From contig JAUSMY010000046.1 of NCBI GenBank assembly GCA_030646035.1, forward strand, positions 73,072-137,071: DNA of 64,000 bases, in the 5' to 3' direction. The stretch comes from Thermodesulfovibrionia bacterium (lineage in GTDB: Bacteria > Nitrospirota > Thermodesulfovibrionia > UBA6902). Both the position numbers and the translations under genes were made by a program. Below the pieces are notes generated by a model. That model ran no database searches. It saw only the letters and a list, made by a program, of their open reading frames with translations, and was not told where the DNA came from. The stretch's first letter is position 1. Each line of letters opens with the position of its first letter. Below are positions 9,310 to 20,282 of this stretch, piece after piece.

Positions 9310-11682
9310 ATGAAGACCACATATAAACATAAAATACAAAACATTTTTACAATTTCTGCACTAATTTTATTGTCAACCCTTTCTTTTGCCGCTAAAACCC
9401 AAGCAGCGGCCATGCCTGATTATGCCAGGCTGCAGTCGATAAGCAACAAGCTTCAGGCACCTTCAGGTGTAGCTCTTGATGCTTATGATAATTTATATGT
9501 GACTGATTCTAAAAGCAATAAGCTTGTAATCTACAGCAGTGACGGAACATATATTGACACTATTCATGGTTTTAATGAACCCATTAGTGTCGCAGTTGGG
9601 AATGGCATTATTTATGTAGGAGATAGCGGCAGCGGAACAGTGAAGGTTTATGATAAAAACCGTAACTATATAAATAGTATCGGCAATTTCTTAAAGCCTT
9701 CATCTATAGCAGTTGATGCTGCGGGAAAGATTTATGTTGTGGATTCTGAAAGAGATATGGTTTATGTATACAATTCTGATGGCACTTCCAGTTTTTCATT
9801 CGGCGGCTCCGGCAATACTAACGGACTCTTCCACTATCCTACTGCAATGGCTATTAATGCATCAGCCGGTGAGATTATAGTAACTGACCTTCAGGTAATA
9901 TCATCAGCAGCAGGTACCTTTGAAGGTGCAAGGATTCAGGTTTTTGACATGAGTGGGAACCACAAGCGCAGTTTTGGCGATTACGGTATTGGAGCAAGTA
10001 AGCTGTTCAGGCCTTCCGGTGTGGCTGTTGATGAAGAAGGAAGGGTATATGTGACAGATGTATTCCAGAATGTAGTTCAGGTATATAATAATGATGGTAC
10101 TCATCTTGGCGCGCTTTATGACTCTGCTAATCCTATGAGGACGCCTGTTGATATAACGATCAGCAATAGCAATAAAATTTATGTTGCATCATTTTATACT
10201 TACGGTGTAGAGGTTTATAGAATCACAGATGACAAGCCTGCTTACGCAACTGTTGTTCCTCAGTCTCATGATTTTGGTAGTGCATATGTTGGCAGTTCTT
10301 CAACTACCCAGAAATTCACGGTATATAATATAGGTAATGGAGATTTGCAATTAGGGTCTGTTGTGCTTGCCGGTGCAGATGCGGGCGATTTTATTATTCA
10401 GATTGATTCATGTAATGGAAATAATCTTGTTCCTGCAGGTACATGCGATGTAATAGTTGCCATGTCGCCTGTTTCAGTTGCATCGAAGAGTGCTGAAATT
10501 AATATATTCTCCAATGACCCTTCAAGCCCACTTGTGGTTACTCTGAGCGGCAACGGTGTTGCGGCGCCAAATCAGTCTCCTGTAGCTGATGCAGGCGGGC
10601 CTTATAATGTTAATGAGGGAACAACTGCACTGCTTGATGCCTCAGGTTCATCTGATGCTGATGGTTCAATAGGCACATATTCATGGGACCTTGACAACGA
10701 CGGAGTTTATGAAACGATTGGCAACCCTATGGGATTTGATGCAGCTTCGATTGATGGTCCCCTTGGGCCGTTTACAATAGGTCTTAAGGTTACTGATAAT
10801 CTCGGTGCTACAGGCACAGACAGTACCACTATAATGATAAACAATGTTCCTCCTGCGGCAGATGCCGGAGGGCCTTATTCCGGCTTAACAGGTACTGCTG
10901 TTGTTCTTACAGGTTCATCTGCAGATTCCGGCAGTGCTGATGTTCTTGGTTATGCATGGGATCTTAATGGCGATGGTTCATATGAAACATCCGGCAAGGA
11001 TGTGCAGATAACATATAACACTGTCGGTAATTATACAGTTGGGCTTAGGGTTACAGATGATGACGGCGGTGTTGGTATAGATACAGCACATATTACTGTT
11101 ACCGCTGCAGTAGTTGTAGTACCCGGGATTGATATTTCCCTTAATGCCGGATGGAATCTTGTGGGATGGGTAAGCGATATCGGTTATTATAAGGCTGGCT
11201 CGCAGCCTCTGGTCACAGAATATGCTTCAGGTGCAACAATGAATTCCGTGGCAAATATTGATGCTGCAATGACTGACATAGGGTTGTCTTCAGCAGATTA
11301 TCTGCTAATTATCGGGCCTGAAGGAAAGGTTCATATACCGGGATCTCCATTTAATACGCTTAAAAAGCTGCTTCCTGACAGGGCTTACTGGATATATGCA
11401 AATCAGGATATATTAATAACTCTTCCTGGTAATAAGATTTCAAAGGCTGCTACGAGCACACTTGCAGCAGGCTGGGTGCAGGTTGGTTACAGGGGTGATG
11501 AGGGATTGAATCCTGCAGATGCGTTAAGATGTATTGAAGGTAATTACAATATTGTTGTAAGCGGGAAGGGCAAGCTGTTTATTAAGGGATTCCCATATAA
11601 CAATTTAACTTCACTGCACCAGGGGCAGGGTTACTTCATCTATATGACGACAACAGGGACGTTGACGTATGATTGTCCTTAA
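9310..11682 (+). CDS. secreted NHL-repeat beta-propeller + Ig-like + PKD-domain protein
   Basis: signal peptide; repeated P.GVAVD..G..YVTD NHL units; DFGS..VG Ig domain; PVADAGGPY and WDLDNDG PKD-like motifs. Confidence 0.85.
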   Translation: MKTTYKHKIQNIFTISALILLSTLSFAAKTQAAAMPDYARLQSISNKLQAPSGVALDAYDNLYVTDSKSNKLVIYSSDGTYIDTIHGFNEPISVAVGNGIIYVGDSGSGTVKVYDKNRNYINSIGNFLKPSSIAVDAAGKIYVVDSERDMVYVYNSDGTSSFSFGGSGNTNGLFHYPTAMAINASAGEIIVTDLQVISSAAGTFEGARIQVFDMSGNHKRSFGDYGIGASKLFRPSGVAVDEEGRVYVTDVFQNVVQVYNNDGTHLGALYDSANPMRTPVDITISNSNKIYVASFYTYGVEVYRITDDKPAYATVVPQSHDFGSAYVGSSSTTQKFTVYNIGNGDLQLGSVVLAGADAGDFIIQIDSCNGNNLVPAGTCDVIVAMSPVSVASKSAEINIFSNDPSSPLVVTLSGNGVAAPNQSPVADAGGPYNVNEGTTALLDASGSSDADGSIGTYSWDLDNDGVYETIGNPMGFDAASIDGPLGPFTIGLKVTDNLGATGTDSTTIMINNVPPAADAGGPYSGLTGTAVVLTGSSADSGSADVLGYAWDLNGDGSYETSGKDVQITYNTVGNYTVGLRVTDDDGGVGIDTAHITVTAAVVVVPGIDISLNAGWNLVGWVSDIGYYKAGSQPLVTEYASGATMNSVANIDAAMTDIGLSSADYLLIIGPEGKVHIPGSPFNTLKKLLPDRAYWIYANQDILITLPGNKISKAATSTLAAGWVQVGYRGDEGLNPADALRCIEGNYNIVVSGKGKLFIKGFPYNNLTSLHQGQGYFIYMTTTGTLTYDCP

Positions 11683-11706
11683 AATAAATTGCTAGGAGAT
11701 AATATT

Positions 11707-12171
11707 ATGAAAAAGAGCATGAAAATATCATTATTAATAGCATCAGTATTGCTCTTTATGGCCAGCCCTATTTATGCCGGCAGTTTTGGCAGTCCTGTCT
11801 CTTCTGTTATAAGCATGCATATTGCCGGTTCATTAACAATAAATGGGAATGCGGCAGCTTTTGGTGATGAAGTTGCCATCTTAGACAACAGTGGAAAGGT
11901 TCTGGGGTTGTTTGTTGTGGATGATGAAGGCGCATACGGTGATATGAATATCTCAGGCGATTATTCAGCAAGCTCTGATGATGAAGGTGCCCAAGAAGGT
12001 GAAATTCTTTATATCAGCGTATGGCAGGCATCTACAGATACTCTTTACTCTGGAAGTGGTGTGAGTATCACAGCGCCATCAGTCGGAGATACGATTTACG
12101 CTCCCTATTCTGAATCTGTACTTCATTTTGAGGGAGGCAGTTTTAACCTCCTTAATATTCAAGCCAGATAA
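11707..12171 (+). CDS. secreted acidic beta-rich hypothetical protein
   Basis: AGGAG RBS; signal peptide ending IYA; co-operonic with the cytochromes. Confidence 0.7.
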   Translation: MKKSMKISLLIASVLLFMASPIYAGSFGSPVSSVISMHIAGSLTINGNAAAFGDEVAILDNSGKVLGLFVVDDEGAYGDMNISGDYSASSDDEGAQEGEILYISVWQASTDTLYSGSGVSITAPSVGDTIYAPYSESVLHFEGGSFNLLNIQAR

Positions 12172-12196
12172 TCTCAGGTAATATGAGGATATAACT

Positions 12197-15100
12197 ATGA
12201 TAAAAAACATCAAAAAAAGGGCAATACTATTACTTGTAATTTGTTTGGCATTAATATCATCTTTTGCATATTCTCTTGACGCTCCGCACTCACCTGCAAA
12301 CCTGCAGGATTGTGCGACTTGTCATGATTTCTCCAGTTCTAATCCTTATCTTATGACTGACTGGACTGGTGGATATACGATGCAAGATGATGATGACACC
12401 CCATTAAATCACCTATGCAGAAGCTGTCATTACGGAGGCGGATCCGCCCCTGCGCATGATACGCATTCCTATCTCGGAGTTGGATATTCATCATCTACCG
12501 CAAGCCCCTATGGAGGCTGGCAGGTTAGATGCTCCACCTGTCATAACCCTCATTACCAAGATCAGGCCAAGGCATACATTAAGACAGGCGATACATACTG
12601 GAAGGTCAAATTGATTGTAGGGACAGTTATTTCATCTGCCACTTCTTCAACCATTCAGGCATCGGTTAATCCTGCTTGGGCTACTAATGCATATGTTGGT
12701 ATGCATGTTATACCTGATGTCAATACAAAGTACCCTGTTTCATATAAAATTACAGCCAATACATCAGATACTTTAACAGTAAAAGGGCCGCTTAACCCTG
12801 CTACAGGATTACCCGGTAAAACATTTGCAATATTTCGTGGAAAGCTTATCAGGAACCAGATAAAGCTTAATGATATTGTCAATCAAGAGGTTTCACAAAC
12901 AGGCAGAATGACTGTCAGGTTCTTTAATGCTTCCGGCACGAAATCATTTGCAGACGGAGATACAACATATGATGGTATATGTGAGGTTTGTCATAATCAG
13001 ACTTCACACTTCAGAAATTCCGGTTCTGCTCCGGATCAAAATCATACTCTTTTAGGCTCAGGCATCCCCGGTCAAAATTGTACCGGTGCTTGTCATGTGT
13101 CAAGTGACGGGTTCCAGCCGTCAGGATGCAGTTCCTGTCATGGCTATCCAGTAGATACAGGCTCATTGATCTCATTGGATAAAACAGGAGCATCTGCTAC
13201 AAGCGATTCTCAGGGCCCTGGCGCGCATATTGCGCATAACACCAAATTTGAATGTACCAACTGTCACACCGGAGGCATGATTGGCGGTGCTTCTCAGGGT
13301 GATGACCTCATTAACATAGGTTTTTATCTTAATAGTAATCTGGGCGGTAATTATGACGGTACTGCATCAAGAACAGTATTTAATTATGTCGGTTCAGCGT
13401 CTACAACGGTTACAACATTAGGGACTTTGCAGTGTTCAAATTTATATTGTCATAGTACGGGGCAGTCTTCAAACGGGGCTTCTCCTATTCCTTCATCTTA
13501 TGCTGCACCGGCATGGAATGGAACCGCAGTCTGCGGCACCTGTCATGCGAAAGCTGAAGGAGAAGGTCTTACCAGCGGATCTCACGGAGCGCATCTTGGA
13601 ACAGCAGGAGTCAACGGCTGTGCTGACTGTCATACCGGAGCGGCAAACGACGCATCTACATATAATTCAGCTAATCACGTAAATAGATTAATAGATGTTG
13701 CAAACACATATGGTGCCGCAGGCGCTCCGGGTAACGGATACGGCACATGTTCAGCAGCAAGCTGTCATTCCAATGTATATACCTCAGGCACAATAGCGAC
13801 ACCGGTATGGGGCAGCACAGACAACGGATGTTCGGCATGTCATACCACAGTGATAGATGCAACAGGCCCGGCAACAGGCGGCCATGCGTTACACGCCGAG
13901 ACAACCTGTACGCTCTGCCATAATGCAGGCACAACTTCAGCAACCATGCCGTCAACTGAACATGCGGATGGAGACATAGACACAAACAATGTCGGTTATT
14001 CAGACAATAAGGCCAAAGGCAGCATATACACAACATGTTCAACAGCAAGCTGCCATGCAAATGTCTACGCATCAGGAACAATACCAACACCGATATGGGG
14101 CAGCACAGGCAACGGATGTTCAGCATGTCATACACCAGCGATAGACCCAACAGGCCCGGCAACAGGCAGCCACAGCGCACACATGTCTGCAACTGTAAAG
14201 GTTAACGGCAGCAGCATCGTCTGCGTCAACTGCCATAACGCAGGCACGACCTCAGCAACCAAGCCGTCAACAGAGCATGCTGACGGAGACATAGACACAT
14301 CAGCCAGCTTAGGCTACACAGACAACAAGGCTAAGGGCAGCGCACCCACAACCTGTTCAACGGCATACTGTCATACAAACGGCCAGGATGCTTCTGGCAC
14401 AACAATTACGCAGAAGGTAACGGCAACATGGGGAACACCAGCCACATGTACAACATGCCATGACTTCAACGGTTCAATGCAGCCCACAACGGCAAATCAT
14501 ACAACACATATAACACGCACAGGAGGCACATGTGTGCAGTGTCATGATGTTTATGGAGATAACACAACAGAGCCTGATCTTAATTCACCTCTTCATATTA
14601 ATAATGTAATCAACGTTGCGCAGGGCGGAGTTGTAACCTTCGGTTATGATGGCAACGGTTCCGGCAATCATGCACCCGGATATGGTTATGGATCATGTTC
14701 AACGGTCTCCTGCCACGGTGGCGGCGCAACAAGAACATGGGGACAGATGGGTGACGCATGTGAAGACTGTCACTCTAACCTTGGCGGGCCTTCAGGCAGC
14801 GACAGGGGTCATGGTTTCCATGTTCAGACAGCATATATTGGAGCAATTACTGCAAGTTCATACGGTGACTATACCGGCAATGACTGGTACGCATATAGCA
14901 ATACAGGCGGAACTCCTGATATGGGTTGCGGATTCTGTCATCCGCAGTCAGACGCTACACATAATAACGGAGTTGTTAACCTGAACTTTGATCCATCAGA
15001 CACAGGGGCTTCTGCCACATTGAAGTTTAAGAATGATGCTTCCTCAACCTATGCTCAAACAGAGCGTACAAGCGTAACCTGCTCGAGCGTGTACTGTCAT

Positions 15101-15772
15101 AGTGACGGTTACGCAAATCCTGGTTATGGATATCAGACATCTCCTGAATGGTTTCTAGGTAACTTTGTCGGTGATAAGTGTGATGACTGTCACGGCAACT
15201 CACCGGCCAGTAATTCACACGACAGCCATGTTGTTGGCATACATTATGAAGGTGTTTACACAGGTTCAACAGGTCTCGCATCTGCCGGATCAGGTAATAC
15301 AAACGCTCACGGAAGTTCATCATACTCAACAACAATAAGCTGCAGCACATGTCACAACAGCACCGTGACACAGACTGCAAATGCCGGAAACAATACTTGT
15401 ACAATATGCCACACTGATACTAATTCACCGGCAACCGGCAACGAGTTCGCTGTTATATACGCTTCCGCCACAACCCATATTAACGGGACGCCGGATATAG
15501 CGTTCAATGCGATCAATGTTAAGTCAAAGGCTCAGCTTAGAGATAACACGCAAATTATTACTGATCTTGATGAGACATGGGTCAGGTCTGGCGCTTATAA
15601 GGTGCCTGGGTCATATGACCTTGCGAATAACGCTCTTAATACTGCCATAATGTTTGACAGGGTAAGCAGCACATGTTCAACAGTCGCCTGTCATAATGGC
15701 AACTCGGTTAAATGGGGCGATACAGGCATAAGCTGTAATAACTGTCACACAGATATCCCAAACTTAAATTAG
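12197..15772 (+). CDS. giant multiheme cytochrome c 1 (CxxxxCH/CxxCH type), ~28 heme motifs
   Basis: signal peptide; hand count 20 CX2CH + 1 CX3CH + 7 CX4CH. Confidence 0.93.
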   Translation: MIKNIKKRAILLLVICLALISSFAYSLDAPHSPANLQDCATCHDFSSSNPYLMTDWTGGYTMQDDDDTPLNHLCRSCHYGGGSAPAHDTHSYLGVGYSSSTASPYGGWQVRCSTCHNPHYQDQAKAYIKTGDTYWKVKLIVGTVISSATSSTIQASVNPAWATNAYVGMHVIPDVNTKYPVSYKITANTSDTLTVKGPLNPATGLPGKTFAIFRGKLIRNQIKLNDIVNQEVSQTGRMTVRFFNASGTKSFADGDTTYDGICEVCHNQTSHFRNSGSAPDQNHTLLGSGIPGQNCTGACHVSSDGFQPSGCSSCHGYPVDTGSLISLDKTGASATSDSQGPGAHIAHNTKFECTNCHTGGMIGGASQGDDLINIGFYLNSNLGGNYDGTASRTVFNYVGSASTTVTTLGTLQCSNLYCHSTGQSSNGASPIPSSYAAPAWNGTAVCGTCHAKAEGEGLTSGSHGAHLGTAGVNGCADCHTGAANDASTYNSANHVNRLIDVANTYGAAGAPGNGYGTCSAASCHSNVYTSGTIATPVWGSTDNGCSACHTTVIDATGPATGGHALHAETTCTLCHNAGTTSATMPSTEHADGDIDTNNVGYSDNKAKGSIYTTCSTASCHANVYASGTIPTPIWGSTGNGCSACHTPAIDPTGPATGSHSAHMSATVKVNGSSIVCVNCHNAGTTSATKPSTEHADGDIDTSASLGYTDNKAKGSAPTTCSTAYCHTNGQDASGTTITQKVTATWGTPATCTTCHDFNGSMQPTTANHTTHITRTGGTCVQCHDVYGDNTTEPDLNSPLHINNVINVAQGGVVTFGYDGNGSGNHAPGYGYGSCSTVSCHGGGATRTWGQMGDACEDCHSNLGGPSGSDRGHGFHVQTAYIGAITASSYGDYTGNDWYAYSNTGGTPDMGCGFCHPQSDATHNNGVVNLNFDPSDTGASATLKFKNDASSTYAQTERTSVTCSSVYCHSDGYANPGYGYQTSPEWFLGNFVGDKCDDCHGNSPASNSHDSHVVGIHYEGVYTGSTGLASAGSGNTNAHGSSSYSTTISCSTCHNSTVTQTANAGNNTCTICHTDTNSPATGNEFAVIYASATTHINGTPDIAFNAINVKSKAQLRDNTQIITDLDETWVRSGAYKVPGSYDLANNALNTAIMFDRVSSTCSTVACHNGNSVKWGDTGISCNNCHTDIPNLN
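13745..14375 (+). repeat. intragenic tandem repeat of the triheme module (~288-318 bp units)
   Basis: ACATGTTCA..AGCAAGCTG.CAT..AATGT recurs at 13745 and 14033, third start at 14351; high nucleotide identity. Confidence 0.85.
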
Positions 15773-15782
15773 GTGATCTGAG

Positions 15783-18700
15783 ATGATTAAAATAAATAAT
15801 AGATCTAAGGGAAACGGTAAAATGATGAAGACAAAAAGATTCAATAATACAGGGCCGGTGCTATTCATTGTTCTTTCAATGGTTTTGGCTGTTTTCATTA
15901 CCGGTGCGGCTTTTGCTGCAAATCCAGATCTCCCCGTAGGTCCTGAACAGTACGTAAGTAAAGGCGATATAGCAATAACTCAGGGGGGGACAACCGACGA
16001 GAGCACTATCAGGATAAAGGCTTCCGTCTCCGACCCGGATCTTAATAATGTTCAAATCCAGGTTGAGATAATAGATAGTTCAGCCTCATATACTAATACG
16101 CCGAACTGCGCCAGCAGTTTTGTTTTAAATGAAGAGGTCGCAACCGCATCCTGCACCGGCCTTCAAGTGGGAACGTCATATAAATGGCAGGTAAGGGCAA
16201 ATGACGGCACAGGCACAAGTGCCTGGGTTCAGTTTGGAGCTACAAACCCTGATGTTACAATCTCTTCTAACCGTATATTGCATAACAGCGCTAATCTCGG
16301 TAATGCATCATATGGGGCATGGGGTGTTGACGGTGGGAAATATGGTGAGTTTGTCTGCGCGACATGCCATACAAAATCAGGCTCAACAACAAATATAAAG
16401 ATGGTAAAGCAAACCATCACTTCGCCTAATGCCTCGGATACATGGCCGAACGGCAGTATAAATACAGGATCTATAATCTTCACGTCAGCAACTGGTACGT
16501 ACGCTGATACAGGAGACGCAAGCTCTACCGGCGGTTGGACTGGAGTCTGTAATGTTTGTCATGACAATGCAAATCATGATCACTACTCCTATAATTCATC
16601 TGACGGGCATCTCGCGGGGCAGGATTGCAATGAGTGTCACCGTCATTCAGTAGGTTATAAGGTAGCATGTGATACATGTCACGGACAGCCTCCTATTATG
16701 TCAGACACAATCAACACAATGGTAAGTATACCAGGGACAACAGGCTCAGCTATTGCCGGAGCGCATAATTTACACGTAAACACCAAGTCATATATTTGTG
16801 ACACCTGTCACTATAATAATATTTCCTCTGTTGAGCATAATAATGGCGGTTCACGAGATATATCTATTGGATTTTATATTGCAAGCGGCAGTATTCAGGG
16901 TGGAAATTATAATGGCCAGTCAGGCGTAGGATATGACGCTTTAACCACAAGTGCTCCAACTACCGTAACTACACCTGCAACCGGCGCTAAGACATGCACA
17001 GTTTACTGTCATAGTTCTGTTCAGTCTGCTGATGGAAGCTCAACTGAGCCTGCATTTTATGCGGCTCCTGTATGGGACAGTAATGTAGTTTGCGGCGGCT
17101 GTCATAAAACTAATGCTCCATATGAAATGATCGATACAGGCAGTCATGTTCAACATCTAACAATAAGTGGAGTAAATGGTTGCGGAGACTGTCATACAGG
17201 AGCGTCAAATGATGCTTCATCATATGCTTCTTCAACACATGTTAACTTTTTAATTGACGTAGCTAACTCATATTCTGCAGGCGGCGCCCGAGGCAATGGC
17301 TATGGAACATGCGCTGAAGCGGCCTGTCATAATGATGGCACAACTAATTCTCTAAGTTCTCCTACATGGGGAAACATTACACCGATGTGTTCACAATGTC
17401 ATGGCGCTGCACCGGCAACAGGCAGCCATACGGCTCACCTTACTACAACAGTTAATGGCAGCAGTATAGTCTGCGGAAATTGTCATAAAGATGCGGTACA
17501 GTCAGTGTCACCGCCTTCGTCCCCCGACCATCTTGACGGTAATGTTGACGTAAAGGATGTAGTTGACGGTGACCTTGGCTATCCGGCCAATGTAGCAAAG
17601 CATACTTCGGGTTCTGGATATTCAGCATGTACAAACGCAAGTTGCCATGTAAGCGCATACGGTACCGGTATGATAACCACGGAAATATGGGGAACGACCT
17701 CCACTTGTGGAACCTGTCATACAATAGATGTCAATGGCGCGCCTGCTACCGGAAGTCATGATAAACATCTCGCATCCAGCGCATTATGCGGTAACTGCCA
17801 TAATGGCTCTGTAAAGGATACAAGCGGCGGTACAGCGCATATTGACGGCAACATTGATGTAACAAATAACTATGCATCAAATGTCGCAAAACATGCTGCA
17901 GGCTCAGGATATTCATCATGCTCTTCTATATACTGCCACAGCAATGTACAGGCTCCGGGTGGAGCTTCAGGCGCTACAATATTCGCAACGCCTACATGGG
18001 GCTCAGGCGCTTTGTCCTGTTCAAGCTGTCATACAGATATGTCCACAACGGAAGACCTTACTCTCGGCACACATAAGAGGCATACAAATACACCGGGTGT
18101 CGCGCAATTTGCATGTTCTATGTGCCATGGGATCGGATACTCGTCAGCTACTGTAACTTATCCGCCTCATGTTAATAACAATATTGACCTGTCATTCACA
18201 GGCCAGGCCTCAGGGACATACTACTCTCAGGTAGGATCAAATCCTCCGGGCAATGGTTACGGCACCTGTTCAACAAGTAATTGCCATGGCCGCGGGACTA
18301 AGAACTGGGGTTTTTCCACAGAATCTCCGACATGTGAGAAGTGCCATGGTTCAGCAGATACAGCATCAGCAACCTTAGCATTCAAGGATACTGCCGGCAG
18401 CACAGGAAGTGTATATGCCGGCACACACGTATCGCATATTGTAGGTATACATAACTATTCAATACCTATTACATGTGATAAGTGTCATATTACGCCGACA
18501 AACCCGTCTGATGCTGGTCACAATGATACGGCAGTGCCTGCCGAACTCACTTTTGCCAGCATGGCAACGCATAATAGATTGGTTGGAACAGTATATACAT
18601 CTGCAATGGCGCCGACATACTCTGGAAGTCCGACAAGGCAGTGTTCAAATACTTATTGTCATGCAGGAGTTCGTGCAACTAATGATGGCGGTGACGACCT

Positions 18701-20219
18701 CGGGCCTGATGGATCTGGGCCGAGTCCTGTATGGGGAGACCCTGCTTATCTTGGCGGCTCAGGTTGCGGTAAATGTCATGGAAATCCTCCTGCATATCCG
18801 CATGAGAATTATTCAGCAAACTGTACTGCTTGCCATACACATGTGGCAGGTAATAACATTGGATTTACTGATAAGACCAAGCATTTGAACGGCTCTCTGG
18901 AATGGGATGTTGACGCGTGTATAGATTGTCATTCCTTTGAGAGCAGCAGGCCGCTGATCGGCGCGCATGTATTGCACACTGATCCGGATTATATGCTTTC
19001 CACTTTCCAATTCTCCGGAACTGCTACAGGCGGAACTACAACTACACTCGAAGACACTTCGCAGAGTTGGGTTGTTAATATTTTGGTTGGAAAGTATGTC
19101 AGACTAAATAGCGGTTCAAATATCTATGACCAGGCTAAAATCACTGCAAATACAGCTACAACAATAACAATTGCTGCGGCATTGCCTTTCAGTATCGCAA
19201 ATGGCAACACTTATGAAGTACGCGCTGCCAAGCTGTTGACTGCTGGAGATTATGGTGATCCGTCATGGATATATAGCATATCGTACAAGAATGGCTTCCC
19301 GAAATATGCCTGCGGCACATGTCATCCTATGGATGATCCTACAATACGTAATAACGGCATAGTTGAGCTTGACCTGGATCCGTCACATGCAGCAGCAGGG
19401 ACAGTTAAAACGAAGAACGCTCCGATTGGCCCGTACCCGCCGATGAGCAGCACTGGCGAGTGGTTCCAGCGGACTACTGGAGTGAGTGTTATATGTAATG
19501 GTATATATTGCCACAGCAATGGATATGTGACTTCAGGTACTTATGCTTTTAAGGAGACTCCTGACTGGTACGATGTCACAATTACTGCAAGCGGTACAGT
19601 TACTTCTGAGCCATGGAGTTCTGTTGACAGGTGTGCTCAGTGCCACGGCAACTCTCCTAACACCGGAGGGACCGAGGGCTCGACAGCTCACGCAAAGCAT
19701 GTTGTGGGCGTACATTACAAGGATCTATACTCCGGCACTACCGGTGAGATGAGCGCAACCGGCTCGTCAGGCGCGGCACACGGAGATCCATTGTCCTCAA
19801 CAACAATTAACTGTAATATATGCCATAGCAATACGGTTTCAGACGGGTTTAATGACAAGAACACGATTTGTTCAACCTGTCATACTGCTTCTCCAGAGGG
19901 TACTATGTACGTTAAGCTGGATAATCAATCGCACATTAACGGAACAGTTAACGTATCATTTGCAAGCGCCACTACTATAAAGTCAAGGGCGCAGGTACGC
20001 GACTACATTACGACAGTTACCGAGATCAATAACAACTGGACCAGGACTAACGGGTACAAGGCGTCTAATTCATATGATACTACTGAAGCCAGTAAGAGTA
20101 CTCCGAATTACAGTGCGGGCACATGTCTGACAACTGCCTGCCATAATGGCACCCCGATGGAATGGGAGCAGGCCGGTCCGCTCTCCTGTAATGCATGCCA
20201 TAAGGGGCTGGCACAGTAG
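15783..20219 (+). CDS. giant multiheme cytochrome c 2, ~31 heme motifs, N-terminal Fn3/Ig-like domain
   Basis: signal peptide (AFA); YKWQVRAND Fn3-like strand; hand count 23 CX2CH + 1 CX3CH + 7 CX4CH. Confidence 0.93.
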   Translation: MIKINNRSKGNGKMMKTKRFNNTGPVLFIVLSMVLAVFITGAAFAANPDLPVGPEQYVSKGDIAITQGGTTDESTIRIKASVSDPDLNNVQIQVEIIDSSASYTNTPNCASSFVLNEEVATASCTGLQVGTSYKWQVRANDGTGTSAWVQFGATNPDVTISSNRILHNSANLGNASYGAWGVDGGKYGEFVCATCHTKSGSTTNIKMVKQTITSPNASDTWPNGSINTGSIIFTSATGTYADTGDASSTGGWTGVCNVCHDNANHDHYSYNSSDGHLAGQDCNECHRHSVGYKVACDTCHGQPPIMSDTINTMVSIPGTTGSAIAGAHNLHVNTKSYICDTCHYNNISSVEHNNGGSRDISIGFYIASGSIQGGNYNGQSGVGYDALTTSAPTTVTTPATGAKTCTVYCHSSVQSADGSSTEPAFYAAPVWDSNVVCGGCHKTNAPYEMIDTGSHVQHLTISGVNGCGDCHTGASNDASSYASSTHVNFLIDVANSYSAGGARGNGYGTCAEAACHNDGTTNSLSSPTWGNITPMCSQCHGAAPATGSHTAHLTTTVNGSSIVCGNCHKDAVQSVSPPSSPDHLDGNVDVKDVVDGDLGYPANVAKHTSGSGYSACTNASCHVSAYGTGMITTEIWGTTSTCGTCHTIDVNGAPATGSHDKHLASSALCGNCHNGSVKDTSGGTAHIDGNIDVTNNYASNVAKHAAGSGYSSCSSIYCHSNVQAPGGASGATIFATPTWGSGALSCSSCHTDMSTTEDLTLGTHKRHTNTPGVAQFACSMCHGIGYSSATVTYPPHVNNNIDLSFTGQASGTYYSQVGSNPPGNGYGTCSTSNCHGRGTKNWGFSTESPTCEKCHGSADTASATLAFKDTAGSTGSVYAGTHVSHIVGIHNYSIPITCDKCHITPTNPSDAGHNDTAVPAELTFASMATHNRLVGTVYTSAMAPTYSGSPTRQCSNTYCHAGVRATNDGGDDLGPDGSGPSPVWGDPAYLGGSGCGKCHGNPPAYPHENYSANCTACHTHVAGNNIGFTDKTKHLNGSLEWDVDACIDCHSFESSRPLIGAHVLHTDPDYMLSTFQFSGTATGGTTTTLEDTSQSWVVNILVGKYVRLNSGSNIYDQAKITANTATTITIAAALPFSIANGNTYEVRAAKLLTAGDYGDPSWIYSISYKNGFPKYACGTCHPMDDPTIRNNGIVELDLDPSHAAAGTVKTKNAPIGPYPPMSSTGEWFQRTTGVSVICNGIYCHSNGYVTSGTYAFKETPDWYDVTITASGTVTSEPWSSVDRCAQCHGNSPNTGGTEGSTAHAKHVVGVHYKDLYSGTTGEMSATGSSGAAHGDPLSSTTINCNICHSNTVSDGFNDKNTICSTCHTASPEGTMYVKLDNQSHINGTVNVSFASATTIKSRAQVRDYITTVTEINNNWTRTNGYKASNSYDTTEASKSTPNYSAGTCLTTACHNGTPMEWEQAGPLSCNACHKGLAQ

Positions 20220-20282
20220 GTTTATGACGAATATGCGAATGATAATAATTGAAAATAGAATACAAAGTGAGGAGAGATCAGT

